In this document: one piece after another, positions 26,649 to 35,396 of the stretch
How positions within the stretch are numbered: the stretch's first letter is position 1
Layout: every line of letters begins with the position of its first letter
Origin: Bacilli bacterium
GTDB taxonomy: Bacteria; Bacillota_I; Bacilli_A; RFN20; CAG-826
DNA length: 64,000 bases
Direction: 5' to 3'
Assembly (NCBI GenBank): GCA_017454295.1
Contig: JAFTDF010000030.1
Location: 3,896 to 67,895, forward strand
The notes under the pieces: model-generated
Database searches by the model: none
Told to the model about the DNA's origin: nothing
What the model saw: only the letters and a program-made list of their open reading frames with translations
Made by a program: the position numbers and the translations under genes

Positions 26649-27269
26649 TCAGAATAAGGTTAACTGTTTGACGAAGAACTTTTTCACTGGGGCATAGGAC
26701 TTACGGTGAACCCCTTCGATGGGTCCATAGGTCTCTAGCTCCTGCAAATGCTTTTTGGTGCCATATCCCTTATGCTCCCCGAAGGAGAAATGGGGATAAC
26801 GCTTTTCTAATTCCACCATCAGCCGATCACGGGTCACCTTTGCCAAAATCGAGGCGGCGGCAATGCATTGGGCTTTGGCATCGCCTTTGACGATCGGTTC
26901 ATGGGGAATGGGAAAGTCGGGAAGGGGCATGCAATCGGTCAAGGCAAATTGATACGGCACTTTCAACGAAGATAAGGCCTTTTTAAATAGACGCTGCGTG
27001 CAAGCATAGATGTTTTCCGCGTCGATTTCTTCGGGCGATCCCATGACGATGGCGTAGGAAAGCGCGTGGTCGATGATCTCTTGATATAAAGCCTCACGCT
27101 TCTTTTCGCTAACTTGTTTCGAATCGTTGATATCGGGGTTTTGGTAATCCGGCGGAAACACCGCCGCGGCCACCACCACCGGCCCAGCCAAAGGACCGCG
27201 TCCCGCTTCATCCGCCCCAGCGATATATTGGATGGAATCCGAATAATAAGCTTTTTCCAAATCAAGCAT
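26649..27269 (-). CDS. rnhB: ribonuclease HII
   Basis: I prefer the start MLDLEKAYY. Active-site motif AGADEAGRGPLAGPVV. Confidence 0.9.
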   Translation of the reverse strand: MLDLEKAYYSDSIQYIAGADEAGRGPLAGPVVVAAAVFPPDYQNPDINDSKQVSEKKREALYQEIIDHALSYAIVMGSPEEIDAENIYACTQRLFKKALSSLKVPYQFALTDCMPLPDFPIPHEPIVKGDAKAQCIAAASILAKVTRDRLMVELEKRYPHFSFGEHKGYGTKKHLQELETYGPIEGVHRKSYAPVKKFFVKQLTLF

Positions 27270-28113
27270 CGGGCGTCTCCAAGGAATAAGGGCCAAGCTT
27301 TCCGTCTTTGAATTCTTTGATAAGCAAGTAAGAAGCCTTCTCAATCGAAGGAACACTGCCATCGAGGAGTCCGCGCTTCTTGGCGATCGCGGTTAAAATG
27401 GCATCGTAGTCTTCCCCCACCCCTTCCAAATCGAAACGGGCTTTTAAGGGATGCTCATAACGGGAGAGATAACGGAGGAGTTCTTTGGCCAATTCATAGG
27501 TCGGCAAGACGTCTTCCCGCATCGAGCCAAGCAAGGCCAAACGCACCGCGACCTCGCTTTGGGCGTAGTTCATCGGTAAGACCCCCGGGGTATCTAACAG
27601 GGTGAAATCTTCGTTGATTTTGATCCATTGTTCGGCCCGGGTCACGCCGGCTTTGTTTCCGGTGATGGCCACGTTTTTCCCGCATACGTTATTGATGAAG
27701 GTGGATTTGCCAACATTGGGAATCCCCACCACCATCACGCGAATCGGTTGTTTTTTCATTGCAAATTTCGCTTCTTTTTCCCGTTTTTTGGCAATGATGG
27801 GAGAAGCAGCCGCTTTCAATAGTCCAATGATTTTCCCTTTGGTGAGGTTTCCCGCAAGCACGCCTTCGGCTTGGGATTTGAAATCGTTCACCCAGGCTTG
27901 GGTAGCCTCAGGATCGGCGGTATCGGATTTCGAAAGAAGGACGACGCGCGGCTTGCCACCTAAGAGTTCATCGAGCAAAGGGTTACGGGAAGACAAAGGC
28001 GCCCGGGCATCCAAAATCTCGACGACGAGGTCGATGACCTTGATATACTCCTTCATTTGCCGGAGGGCCTTTTGCATATGGCCGGGGAAATAATGAACGC
28101 CTTGTTGTCCCAT
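27262..28113 (-). CDS. rbgA: ribosome biogenesis GTPase A (YlqF/RbgA), circularly permuted GTPase
   Basis: 283 aa. FPGHMQKA, LSKSD (G4) placed before GIPNVGKST (G1). Confidence 0.92.
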   Translation of the reverse strand: MGQQGVHYFPGHMQKALRQMKEYIKVIDLVVEILDARAPLSSRNPLLDELLGGKPRVVLLSKSDTADPEATQAWVNDFKSQAEGVLAGNLTKGKIIGLLKAAASPIIAKKREKEAKFAMKKQPIRVMVVGIPNVGKSTFINNVCGKNVAITGNKAGVTRAEQWIKINEDFTLLDTPGVLPMNYAQSEVAVRLALLGSMREDVLPTYELAKELLRYLSRYEHPLKARFDLEGVGEDYDAILTAIAKKRGLLDGSVPSIEKASYLLIKEFKDGKLGPYSLETPDA

Positions 28114-28991
28114 TAGCCAATCCTCCGATACGCCCAGGGGGCGAATAAATAAGAATAATTGATGTCGACGCTATCACCTTCGGAACCAACGACCATCTTT
28201 CCTTTGCCAACGATCAAGTAAGCCTTGCCCTCAATCATGGATTCGGAAATGGCGAAACGCCCGGCAATCCCATCATAGGAATAGCCGCGATTATCGCCCG
28301 CCACCAAGTATTCCTTGGGTCCGAGGGTAATGGTAAAGCTTCCTTCCTCCGCCCAGCCATAGGTGGACTCAGGATAGGCATAAGGACGGCCCTCAAGACG
28401 ATAATCCGCTTCTTTATATAAAGGGGTTAATGTTTTCCCGGTGGGGAATTCGCTGGAAGTCACCGTGACCTCCCCCCAAATGGGATTGGCGTTTTCGCTT
28501 TCTCCTTCACTGGTTTTGACGATGCGATAAGTGAGCGTCTCCCCCGGGAGGCCGATCACGCGCTTAATCTTCAACGCGGCCCGTTTGTTCAATGTTCCAG
28601 AGGGGGAATAGTCGGAAGGATAATAGGTCACCAAAACATCATAACGATGGATGTCATTTGGTAGATTTAAGCGATCCTTGGGTTTGGCATATCCATAGTC
28701 GACGCAATCCCCATCCATGGAATTGCCATCATCGAAACGCAGGGGACGATAACCGTTGCTCGTTTTGCGTTCGGCATCGAGATTCAAATAGGGATACATC
28801 GAGGTGCCGCTGATGAACACGGGCATCCCAAAGCTCAAATTCAAATACGCGAGGTTTCCACCCACGAACACCGCAACGACCATCGCGGCGACAATCACTC
28901 CATAGAAGAGGAAAACATACCACGGACGTTTTTTCTTTTCCGCGGGGGCCACCGGTGAATGCAAAGAGGAGTCAATCGAGCGGGGGGACAT
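28113..28991 (-). CDS. lepB: signal peptidase I (S26), enlarged
   Basis: 292 aa. Catalytic Ser box SGTSMYPYL and the GDNRGYSYDG box. One N-terminal TM helix. Confidence 0.85.
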   Translation of the reverse strand: MSPRSIDSSLHSPVAPAEKKKRPWYVFLFYGVIVAAMVVAVFVGGNLAYLNLSFGMPVFISGTSMYPYLNLDAERKTSNGYRPLRFDDGNSMDGDCVDYGYAKPKDRLNLPNDIHRYDVLVTYYPSDYSPSGTLNKRAALKIKRVIGLPGETLTYRIVKTSEGESENANPIWGEVTVTSSEFPTGKTLTPLYKEADYRLEGRPYAYPESTYGWAEEGSFTITLGPKEYLVAGDNRGYSYDGIAGRFAISESMIEGKAYLIVGKGKMVVGSEGDSVDINYSYLFAPWAYRRIG

Positions 28992-29000
28992 ATCGGGAAG

Positions 29001-29006
29001 ATTATA
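29001..29006 (-). promoter_or_regulatory. -10 box TATAAT 9 nt upstream of the lepB ATG; near-leaderless promoter
   Basis: Minus strand reads tatgaTATAATcttcccgatATG. No SD. Confidence 0.45.
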
Positions 29007-29024
29007 TCATAGGTGCGCGAGAAT

Positions 29025-29050
29025 AAGAAAAAGGCCTCATTTGAGGCCTC
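29025..29050 (-). terminator. rho-independent terminator after rplS
   Basis: AGGCCTCA..TGAGGCCT (29032-29049) with a T-run on the minus strand. Confidence 0.7.
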
Positions 29051-29074
29051 GTCACGTTTTTTACAAACGGCTTC

Positions 29075-29422
29075 TTAGTCGCGGGATTTGATACGAGCGG
29101 CTTTGCCGGAGAGCTTACGCATGTAGGTGATCTTGTTGCGGCGGACCTTACCGTGCTTGACCACTTCGATCTTGGCGATCGAGGGGGTGTTGACGGGGAA
29201 GGTACGTTCCACGCCGATCCCAGAAGAGATCTTGCGGACGGTGAAGGTGGCGGAGACGCCGGATCCACGGCGTTGCATAACCACACCTTCGAAGACCTGG
29301 TTACGTTCCTTTTTGTTCTCGATGATACGGACATACACCTTGATGGTGTCACCGGAGGAGAACTCGGGAATGTCGGTGCGAAGCTGACGGGCGGTGATTT
29401 CGTCGACGAGTTTGGTGTTCAT
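29075..29422 (-). CDS. rplS: 50S ribosomal protein L19
   Basis: 115 aa. [15 protein letters not shown]...[20 protein letters not shown] upstream. Confidence 0.95.
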   Translation of the reverse strand: MNTKLVDEITARQLRTDIPEFSSGDTIKVYVRIIENKKERNQVFEGVVMQRRGSGVSATFTVRKISSGIGVERTFPVNTPSIAKIEVVKHGKVRRNKITYMRKLSGKAARIKSRD

Positions 29423-29517
29423 CGGTATTACCTCCTAGCTAATGGTTTCTCTTCAGGTTCTTGAACCCGTGACAAGGACAGCGGAGCCTGCGTATCGTGT
29501 TGGAACACGCAGGGGTA

Positions 29518-29545
29518 ATTATACCGACTCCAAAGGAGAAGGCAA
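29518..29545 (-). promoter_or_regulatory. candidate promoter for rplS
   Basis: Minus strand: TTGCCT (rc 29540-29545), 16 nt, TATAAT (rc 29518-29523). This gives a ~90-nt leader containing the hairpin CCTGCGT...ACGCAGG (29487-29513). Confidence 0.45.
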
Positions 29546-29572
29546 CTGCTTTTCGATGTAAAGTGTTTTTGC

Positions 29573-29601
29573 TTGACACCGGAATCCCCAAAGACTATAG
29601 T
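29573..29601 (+). promoter_or_regulatory. sigma-A-type promoter for rpsP-KH-rimM-trmD
   Basis: TTGACA (29573-29578), 17 nt, TATAGT (29596-29601), about 25 nt before the ATG. AAAGGAGAA SD. Confidence 0.7.
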
Positions 29602-29626
29602 AGCCCTGCTAAAAAGGAGAACAACC

Positions 29627-29902
29627 ATGGCAGTTAAAATCAGATTGACCCGCATCGGTCGCCACAAAGACCCCTTCTACCGTATCGTCGCCGCCGACTC
29701 TCACTTCACCCGTGATGGCCGCTACATCGAACAAATCGGCATCTATGATCCCGCCAAAGGCATCAAAGAAGCCCAAATCGACGAAGCGCTCGCCTTGAAG
29801 TGGCTTGGCAATGGTGCCGTCCCCACCGGTTCGGTGAAGTCCATGCTCAGCGAAAAAGGCATCATCGCCAAATACGCCGAAAGCAAGAAAGCTGGCAAAT
29901 AA
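29627..29902 (+). CDS. rpsP: 30S ribosomal protein S16
   Basis: Start [25 protein letters not shown]. The ORF track start at 29573 lies in the promoter. Confidence 0.95.
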   Translation: MAVKIRLTRIGRHKDPFYRIVAADSHFTRDGRYIEQIGIYDPAKGIKEAQIDEALALKWLGNGAVPTGSVKSMLSEKGIIAKYAESKKAGK

Positions 29903-30180
29903 TGGAAAAGGATTACGACGCGCTGTTACGTCCCTTGATCGCTCCCCTTGTGGAGAAGCCTGAATCCATCATGATTCGGACCCTTCCTGGGGAAACTAAG
30001 CGTGACGTGACTGTCCTTATCGTCGCAGAAGACGATGACACCGCCCGCTTAATCGGGAAGAAAGGCCAAGTAGCCAATGCCCTTCGCGAAGTCGTCGGCA
30101 TCGCCCCGAAAGCGGAAAACAGCAACCTCCACATCCATTTGAAATTCGAAAGTTTCAGCGAAGAAACCGACGAGGAGTAA
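29902..30180 (+). CDS. KH-domain RNA-binding protein (YlqC family)
   Basis: [23 protein letters not shown]...ARLIGKKGQVANALREVV (GxxG KH motif). The start overlaps the rpsP stop (TAATG). Confidence 0.85.
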   Translation: MEKDYDALLRPLIAPLVEKPESIMIRTLPGETKRDVTVLIVAEDDDTARLIGKKGQVANALREVVGIAPKAENSNLHIHLKFESFSEETDEE

Positions 30181-30216
30181 CATCCCCGTCGTTTTTCTTT
30201 ATAATTAGCCTGATTT

Positions 30217-30726
30217 ATGGAACGCATCTCCATCGCTTCTTTAGGAAAACCCTTCGGCGTCAAAGGCGAGGTCAACGCTTACTTGATGACCGACTTCCCC
30301 GAACTCCGCTTCAAAAAGGGAGAACATTATTTTTTGGTGACCGAACAAGGACGGGTCCTCAAAGAGGTAACCCTTGCTTCCTTCCGCAACATCGCCGGAG
30401 GGATGCTACTCCGCTTTGAGGAGATCACGACCCCTGAAGAGATGGCGCCTTATCGGAATTGCCTTTTGGAAATGGACAAAGCCAAAGCCCCCGTGCCCGA
30501 AGGGGCGATCCGTTATGCCGACATCATCGGATTTGCGATGGTCAACGAAGACGGCAAACCCCTTGGGACGTTGATTTCCGTCATGACCTATACCCCCACA
30601 CCCAACCTCAAAGGGAAAACGGAAAAGGGCAAAACCTTCTATGTTCCCTTCAACGACTTCTTCGTCAAGCAAGTGAACCAAGATAGCAAAACCATTGTGA
30701 TCCATGAAATTGGAGGACTGGTATGA
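30217..30726 (+). CDS. rimM: 16S rRNA processing protein RimM
   Basis: 169 aa. LGKPFGVKGEV N-terminus and a PRC barrel. Located between the KH protein gene and trmD. Confidence 0.9.
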   Translation: MERISIASLGKPFGVKGEVNAYLMTDFPELRFKKGEHYFLVTEQGRVLKEVTLASFRNIAGGMLLRFEEITTPEEMAPYRNCLLEMDKAKAPVPEGAIRYADIIGFAMVNEDGKPLGTLISVMTYTPTPNLKGKTEKGKTFYVPFNDFFVKQVNQDSKTIVIHEIGGLV

Positions 30727-31493
30727 ACATCACCGTCTTAACGCTGTTCCCTTCGATGTTCGAAGGTTTCACCACCAATTCCATCATCAAACGCGCCTTA
30801 GGCAAAGGTGTGGCCTCTTTTCAAGCCGTGGATATCCGTTCCTATACCAAAGACAAATACGGGCGGACCGATACCCCACCGATTGGCGGTGGCGCCGGAT
30901 TGGTGCAAAAATGCCAGCCAATCGTCGATGCGATTGAAGCGGTCAAAAAGCCCAATAGCCACGTCGTATTGATGTCTCCTCGGGGCCATACCTATGATCA
31001 AAAAACCGCTGAAAAGTTTGCAAAACTCGACGATTTAATCATTGTTTGCGGACATTACGAAGGTGTGGACGAGCGGGTGAACGCCTATTGCGACGAGCTC
31101 ATTTCCATCGGGGATTATATCCTCACCGGTGGGGAGATTCCCGCCATGGCCATCGCCGATTCCGTCATTCGTTTGCTCGATGGGGCCATCACCAAAGAGT
31201 CCCTCGATCACGAGTCCTTCGGCGACAATCTATTGGAATATCCCCAATACACCGAGCCCTATGATTACCAGGGCGCTACGGTTCCCCCAATCCTCTATTC
31301 GGGGAATCATCAGGCCATCGAGAAATGGCAGCGCAAGCAATCTCTCCTCCTGACCCGGGAGCTACGACCGGACCTCTTCGCCAAGATCGAATTATCCAAG
31401 CAGGACAAAAAACTGTTGCAGGAAGCAGAATCCGGCGACATGCCCAAATGGGAAGCCGAAGCCATTGAAAAAGGCAAGAAGTTCATGAAATGA
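30723..31493 (+). CDS. trmD: tRNA (guanine37-N1)-methyltransferase
   Basis: 256 aa. VLTLFPSMFEGF, CGHYEGVDERV and SIGDYILTGGE motifs. Confidence 0.95.
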   Translation: MNITVLTLFPSMFEGFTTNSIIKRALGKGVASFQAVDIRSYTKDKYGRTDTPPIGGGAGLVQKCQPIVDAIEAVKKPNSHVVLMSPRGHTYDQKTAEKFAKLDDLIIVCGHYEGVDERVNAYCDELISIGDYILTGGEIPAMAIADSVIRLLDGAITKESLDHESFGDNLLEYPQYTEPYDYQGATVPPILYSGNHQAIEKWQRKQSLLLTRELRPDLFAKIELSKQDKKLLQEAESGDMPKWEAEAIEKGKKFMK

Positions 31494-31522
31494 AAAAAGG
31501 CGAGCGCGAGGCTCGCCTTTCT
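31493..31522. terminator. bidirectional terminator between trmD and lemA
   Basis: GGCGAGC-GCGAG-GCTCGCC (31499-31517) flanked by an A-run and a T-rich run. Confidence 0.75.
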
Positions 31523-31534
31523 TGTTGGTTTCGC

Positions 31535-32203
31535 TTAGAAGAAGACTTCTTTGGAACGGGCTTTGATCTCGGCGGAAGCGGTATAAGGGATACGGGTGGT
31601 GTATCCGGCTTTGGCCGCGACATTGCAATAGACCGGCCAGGCAAAGATCTGGGCGTTCCAGCGGTTGACCGCGTCGTTGTAGACTTCCCGGGCGGCGGTG
31701 ATTTCCTGCTGGAGGTAGGAATTTTGACGCATGGCATCCGCGATTTCGGCGTGGGCCTTGAGATCGGGGTAGTTTTCGAAAGCGACGTTGATGTTACGTT
31801 CGACGACGTCGAGTTTGCCTTGAAGTTCGTTACGGGCTTCATCGGAAGGAGCGCCGGAACGGAGGCGGGCAATCTCGGTGAAGGTGGACTTATCGAGTTC
31901 GATCGATCTGTCAAGCAACTTGGCGGCGTTTTGGAGAATGATGACACGCTGTTCCTGATAGTTGTCGATGGTGGAAGCGTCGTGTTGGATCTTCTGCTGG
32001 AGCTGTTGCAGATAAGCCCTCGCGCGAGGTTTGAGGATGAGGGTGAAGATGAGACCCGGAAGAATCCCTAAGAACCAAAGGAGCACTTCTAAGACCACCG
32101 CGGAAGTGGATTTCTTGACGGCAACCTTTTTCTCGATGACGTGAACGTCACGGCCTTCTTGATTAATCAAGCTAACATCTGTTTCGTCTAATTCATTGGC
32201 CAT
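31535..32203 (-). CDS. lemA: LemA family protein
   Basis: 222 aa. One TM helix followed by LemA-type helices (QEQRVIILQNAAKLL...VNRWNAQI). TAGGAGGT SD. Confidence 0.8.
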   Translation of the reverse strand: MANELDETDVSLINQEGRDVHVIEKKVAVKKSTSAVVLEVLLWFLGILPGLIFTLILKPRARAYLQQLQQKIQHDASTIDNYQEQRVIILQNAAKLLDRSIELDKSTFTEIARLRSGAPSDEARNELQGKLDVVERNINVAFENYPDLKAHAEIADAMRQNSYLQQEITAAREVYNDAVNRWNAQIFAWPVYCNVAAKAGYTTRIPYTASAEIKARSKEVFF

Positions 32204-32261
32204 GGTAAATACCTCCTATAGACTTGCCATAATGGTAGCAAAGCCCACTGGAAAATACTAT

Positions 32262-32286
32262 GAAAAACGGAAGATTTACTTCCGTC
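32262..32286 (-). terminator. rho-independent terminator after the LRR lipoprotein gene
   Basis: ACGGAAG-ATTTA-CTTCCGT (32267-32285) with a T-run on the minus strand. Confidence 0.7.
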
Positions 32287-32287
32287 T

Positions 32288-33856
32288 TTAGTTCCAGTTG
32301 GTGGGAAGTCCGTCGACGTAACGCCAATACAAAGAAGAATCGGGGACGTTGGTCGGTTTGGTTTTGGAATAGTAGTAAACCACGGAGATGTTTAACGGAA
32401 GTCCCGTGCCTTCGGAATACTCGATGTTCGCCCAGTCTTTGGCGGTCCCTTCGTAATACACCGCGCTGAAACGGTCGCATCCCTGTAATGAATCATAGAA
32501 CGCCTTGAAACCGGTGGGCACGATCATTCCGGTTAGACCAGGGGTATTCGTCAGCGAGAAATTATCGATATATTCGATGCCAGCAGGAATCCGGAGCAAT
32601 CCTTGGAAGCTACGCGGTGCCATTAACAAAGCGTGGTGTCCATCTTGGTGGCCATAGAGCACACCTTGGCTGGCTTCGAACACGGGATTCCCCGAAGCGA
32701 CCTCGAATTTGGTCAGGGCCGTCATGTCGTTAAACGGATAAAGGCCAAGCGAAACGCAGGCTTTGGGTAAACGAATGGAAGTGAGGGACGTGCAATGCAT
32801 AAAAGCCCAATTGCCAATCGATTCCAGTGTGGAAGGGAAAACGACCGATGGTAACGAATAGCAACCGTAAAAAGCGTCTGTGCCGATATTGACGACGCCT
32901 TCGGGGATCGTGACGGAGGTCAGATTCTCGCAACGGAAGAACGAACGTTCGGCTAAGGAAGGGATCGCGCTCAGTTTGACCGAAGTCAATGCCATCGCCC
33001 CTTCGAAAGCGGTAATCCCCAGCGAGGTAACGGTGTCAGGAATCTCATAAGCCCCTTCCCTGCCCGTGGGATAAACCGCCAGTTCGGTCATGTCCTTACT
33101 AAAGAGAACCCCGTCCTGGGTGGTATAGTAGGGATTTTCCGAACTGACTTCGATGGTCGTTAGATTTGGGCAAAAAGAGAAGGCGTGACGCTCAATTTCG
33201 CGGACCTCTTTCCCTAAGGTGACGGAAGAAATGGCGGTTCCGTTGAACGCAAGTTCGGGGATTCTCCAAAGCTGGGAACTCAATTTCAAAGAGGCAAGGG
33301 CGGTGTCTCCTTCGCAGAAATAGGCGCCGATGGATTCGACGGAGTCGGGAATCTCCAATGCCTCGAGTTTTGGACACCTTTGGAAGCAAGCGTCCCCTAA
33401 CCGAAGGACACCCTCGGGAATGGTCACTTTCTTTAGCTGCTCTAGCCCGCCAAACGAGCCCACTTCAATCACCGGCTTGCCAGCGTGGGTCGAGGGGATC
33501 GTGAGCTCTTCGATTTGCGTGTCGAAATAGATCCCTTTGGACACGGCATAACCGTCTTCTTCGGGAAGGTATTCGTATTTCAGCATCTCCCCCATGGAAT
33601 AAGAATATCCACAGATGCTGCAAATAAAGGTGACTTGGTAGTCTTGATCGGCACGGACGAATTGGTGAGCTGCCTTTTCTTCCAGATAACCGCAGGATTC
33701 ATCCAGGCAAACCCGCCAATGGCCATGTTCATCGTGTTGATAGGGACCGTATTGGTGGGTGTGGATTGTGGAAGAACTGCTCGAATAAGAAGGCGAGCAA
33801 GACCCAACCCCCATGAAAACGAGGGAGGAAAGCAAAATCAATTTCACACCGATCAT
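32288..33856 (-). CDS. BspA-type leucine-rich-repeat surface lipoprotein with an N-terminal His/Cys-rich module
   Basis: Repeated ~23-aa units (IP.sV.sIG..aF..C.sL.si). Lipobox FMGVGSC. C-terminal YWRYVDGLPTNWN tail. The start at 33856 (MIGVKLILL...) is chosen because TATAAT lies 7 nt upstream. Alternative starts: 33883 and 33922. Confidence 0.75.
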   Translation of the reverse strand: MIGVKLILLSSLVFMGVGSCSPSYSSSSSTIHTHQYGPYQHDEHGHWRVCLDESCGYLEEKAAHQFVRADQDYQVTFICSICGYSYSMGEMLKYEYLPEEDGYAVSKGIYFDTQIEELTIPSTHAGKPVIEVGSFGGLEQLKKVTIPEGVLRLGDACFQRCPKLEALEIPDSVESIGAYFCEGDTALASLKLSSQLWRIPELAFNGTAISSVTLGKEVREIERHAFSFCPNLTTIEVSSENPYYTTQDGVLFSKDMTELAVYPTGREGAYEIPDTVTSLGITAFEGAMALTSVKLSAIPSLAERSFFRCENLTSVTIPEGVVNIGTDAFYGCYSLPSVVFPSTLESIGNWAFMHCTSLTSIRLPKACVSLGLYPFNDMTALTKFEVASGNPVFEASQGVLYGHQDGHHALLMAPRSFQGLLRIPAGIEYIDNFSLTNTPGLTGMIVPTGFKAFYDSLQGCDRFSAVYYEGTAKDWANIEYSEGTGLPLNISVVYYYSKTKPTNVPDSSLYWRYVDGLPTNWN

Positions 33857-33863
33857 ACAAATG

Positions 33864-33869
33864 ATTATA
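33864..33869 (-). promoter_or_regulatory. -10 box TATAAT 7 nt upstream of the LRR lipoprotein ATG; leaderless-type promoter
   Basis: Minus strand reads gtttATAATcatttgtATG, i.e. TATAAT-catttgt-ATG. Confidence 0.5.
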
Positions 33870-33920
33870 AACGAATCCCCCATCGTGTTACACTTGCCAC
33901 GCTGAAAGGAAACAATCCCC

Positions 33921-35396
33921 ATGACCGCTTACGAACAACTAGCCCCTTACTTTGAAAAGAAAGAACGCCTTAGACACTTGATGTCGCTCATCTCTTTTGA
34001 CGTGGAAACCACCGCCCCCGAAGAAGCCATCGAACGCGAAAACGATCTGCTTAATTTCTATTACGCCGAATACGCAGGCATCAATCAAGACCCCGAGTTC
34101 ATTCGCTTGGTCAAAGCCGCCAAGGAAGAAGGCGGGCTCAACGACGCCCAAGCCCTCCTGATCGACGACTTGTTGGAACAGATCGAATTCATGGAGAAAC
34201 TCCCCATGGAGGAATTCGTCGAATGGAATCGCGACTCCAGCAAATGCATGGAGGTTTGGAAGAAAGCCAAAAACGCCAACGATTGGGCGATGGTCCTCCC
34301 CTACTTCAAGAAGCTTGTCGCCAATAAAAAGGAAGAAGCCAAGTTATTGGCCAAACCCTACCACAAGACCACTTACGACGCCTTCCTCGACCAATACGAG
34401 AAAGGGCAAACCGAAGCGGATGTCGATGCCGTCTTTGGCCCCCTCAAAGAATTCTTATCCGCCCATCTCCCCGAGGTCTTAGCCAAGCAAAGTGCCTATG
34501 CCTTGCCGCCCCTGCTTCCCCATGACCAAGACGCCCAGGCCCACCTTTCCATGGATCTCCTCCCGGCGATTGGATACGACCTCAAACGGGGCGTGCTTCG
34601 CGAGACCGAGCACCCCTTCTCCGACTCCGTGGCCAAAGATGATTGCCGCGTCACCACCCATTATTACGTAGAGGATTGGCGTTCCTCCATGTTCTCCGTC
34701 ATCCACGAGGGCGGACACTCCATCCAATTCCAAAATTGGCCTGCATACCAATTCGAAAACCATGTCAATGGACGGGCTTCTGCGGCGTTATGCGAAACCC
34801 ATTCCCGCTTTTTCGAGAATATCATTGGCCGCAGCCGCGACTTCGCTCCCACGCTTTTAGGGCTTTGCAGGAAGAACCTCAAAGGGGAATTCTTAGAGAT
34901 GGACGAAGAGGGCTTCTATCATCTTATCAACCAAGTCAGCCGCTCCTTAATCCGCACCGAAAGCGACGAATACACCTATTGCCTCCACATCATCATCCGT
35001 TACGAACTCGAACGCGATTTGATCAATGGCAAAATCGAGGTGGAAGATTTGCCGGAAGCCTGGAAGAAGAAATACAAAGAATACCTCGGCGTCGACGTGC
35101 CCGACTTCACCCAAGGCATTCTCCAAGACGTCCATTGGTTCGGTGGATCCTTCGGTTACTTCCCCTCTTATGCGTTAGGGAATCTCTATGGCGCGCAGAT
35201 CCTGCACTATATGAACCAAGACATCAACGTTGCCAAGGCCTGCCAAGCCGGTAACCTGACCCCGATCCTGGATTGGTTACGCGAAAAAGACTTCGCCTAC
35301 GATTACCTCAATCCAAAGGACTGGATTATCAAAGTCACGGGCGAGCCCATGAATCCGAAATACTTTACCGATTATCTCGCCAAGAAATTCTTCTAA
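33921..35396 (+). CDS. carboxypeptidase M32 (Taq-type metallocarboxypeptidase)
   Basis: 491 aa. HExxH as VIHEGGHSIQ, downstream DVHW and GYFPSYALG motifs typical of M32. Confidence 0.85.
   Translation: MTAYEQLAPYFEKKERLRHLMSLISFDVETTAPEEAIERENDLLNFYYAEYAGINQDPEFIRLVKAAKEEGGLNDAQALLIDDLLEQIEFMEKLPMEEFVEWNRDSSKCMEVWKKAKNANDWAMVLPYFKKLVANKKEEAKLLAKPYHKTTYDAFLDQYEKGQTEADVDAVFGPLKEFLSAHLPEVLAKQSAYALPPLLPHDQDAQAHLSMDLLPAIGYDLKRGVLRETEHPFSDSVAKDDCRVTTHYYVEDWRSSMFSVIHEGGHSIQFQNWPAYQFENHVNGRASAALCETHSRFFENIIGRSRDFAPTLLGLCRKNLKGEFLEMDEEGFYHLINQVSRSLIRTESDEYTYCLHIIIRYELERDLINGKIEVEDLPEAWKKKYKEYLGVDVPDFTQGILQDVHWFGGSFGYFPSYALGNLYGAQILHYMNQDINVAKACQAGNLTPILDWLREKDFAYDYLNPKDWIIKVTGEPMNPKYFTDYLAKKFF

Noticed and set aside
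29423-29626. Divergent strand switch as a replication origin
   Set aside because: There is no cluster of DnaA boxes and no dnaA/dnaN nearby, and gene orientation returns to the minus strand after 31.5 kb. The only near-consensus DnaA box I saw (TTATCCACc at 462-470) is isolated and is simply the complement of an SD.
35393-35396. Convergent M32 peptidase and lipoprotein genes overlapping by 4 nt with no terminator between them
   Set aside because: This is real in the sequence, but it is most simply a consequence of genome compaction and not by itself evidence of antisense regulation.
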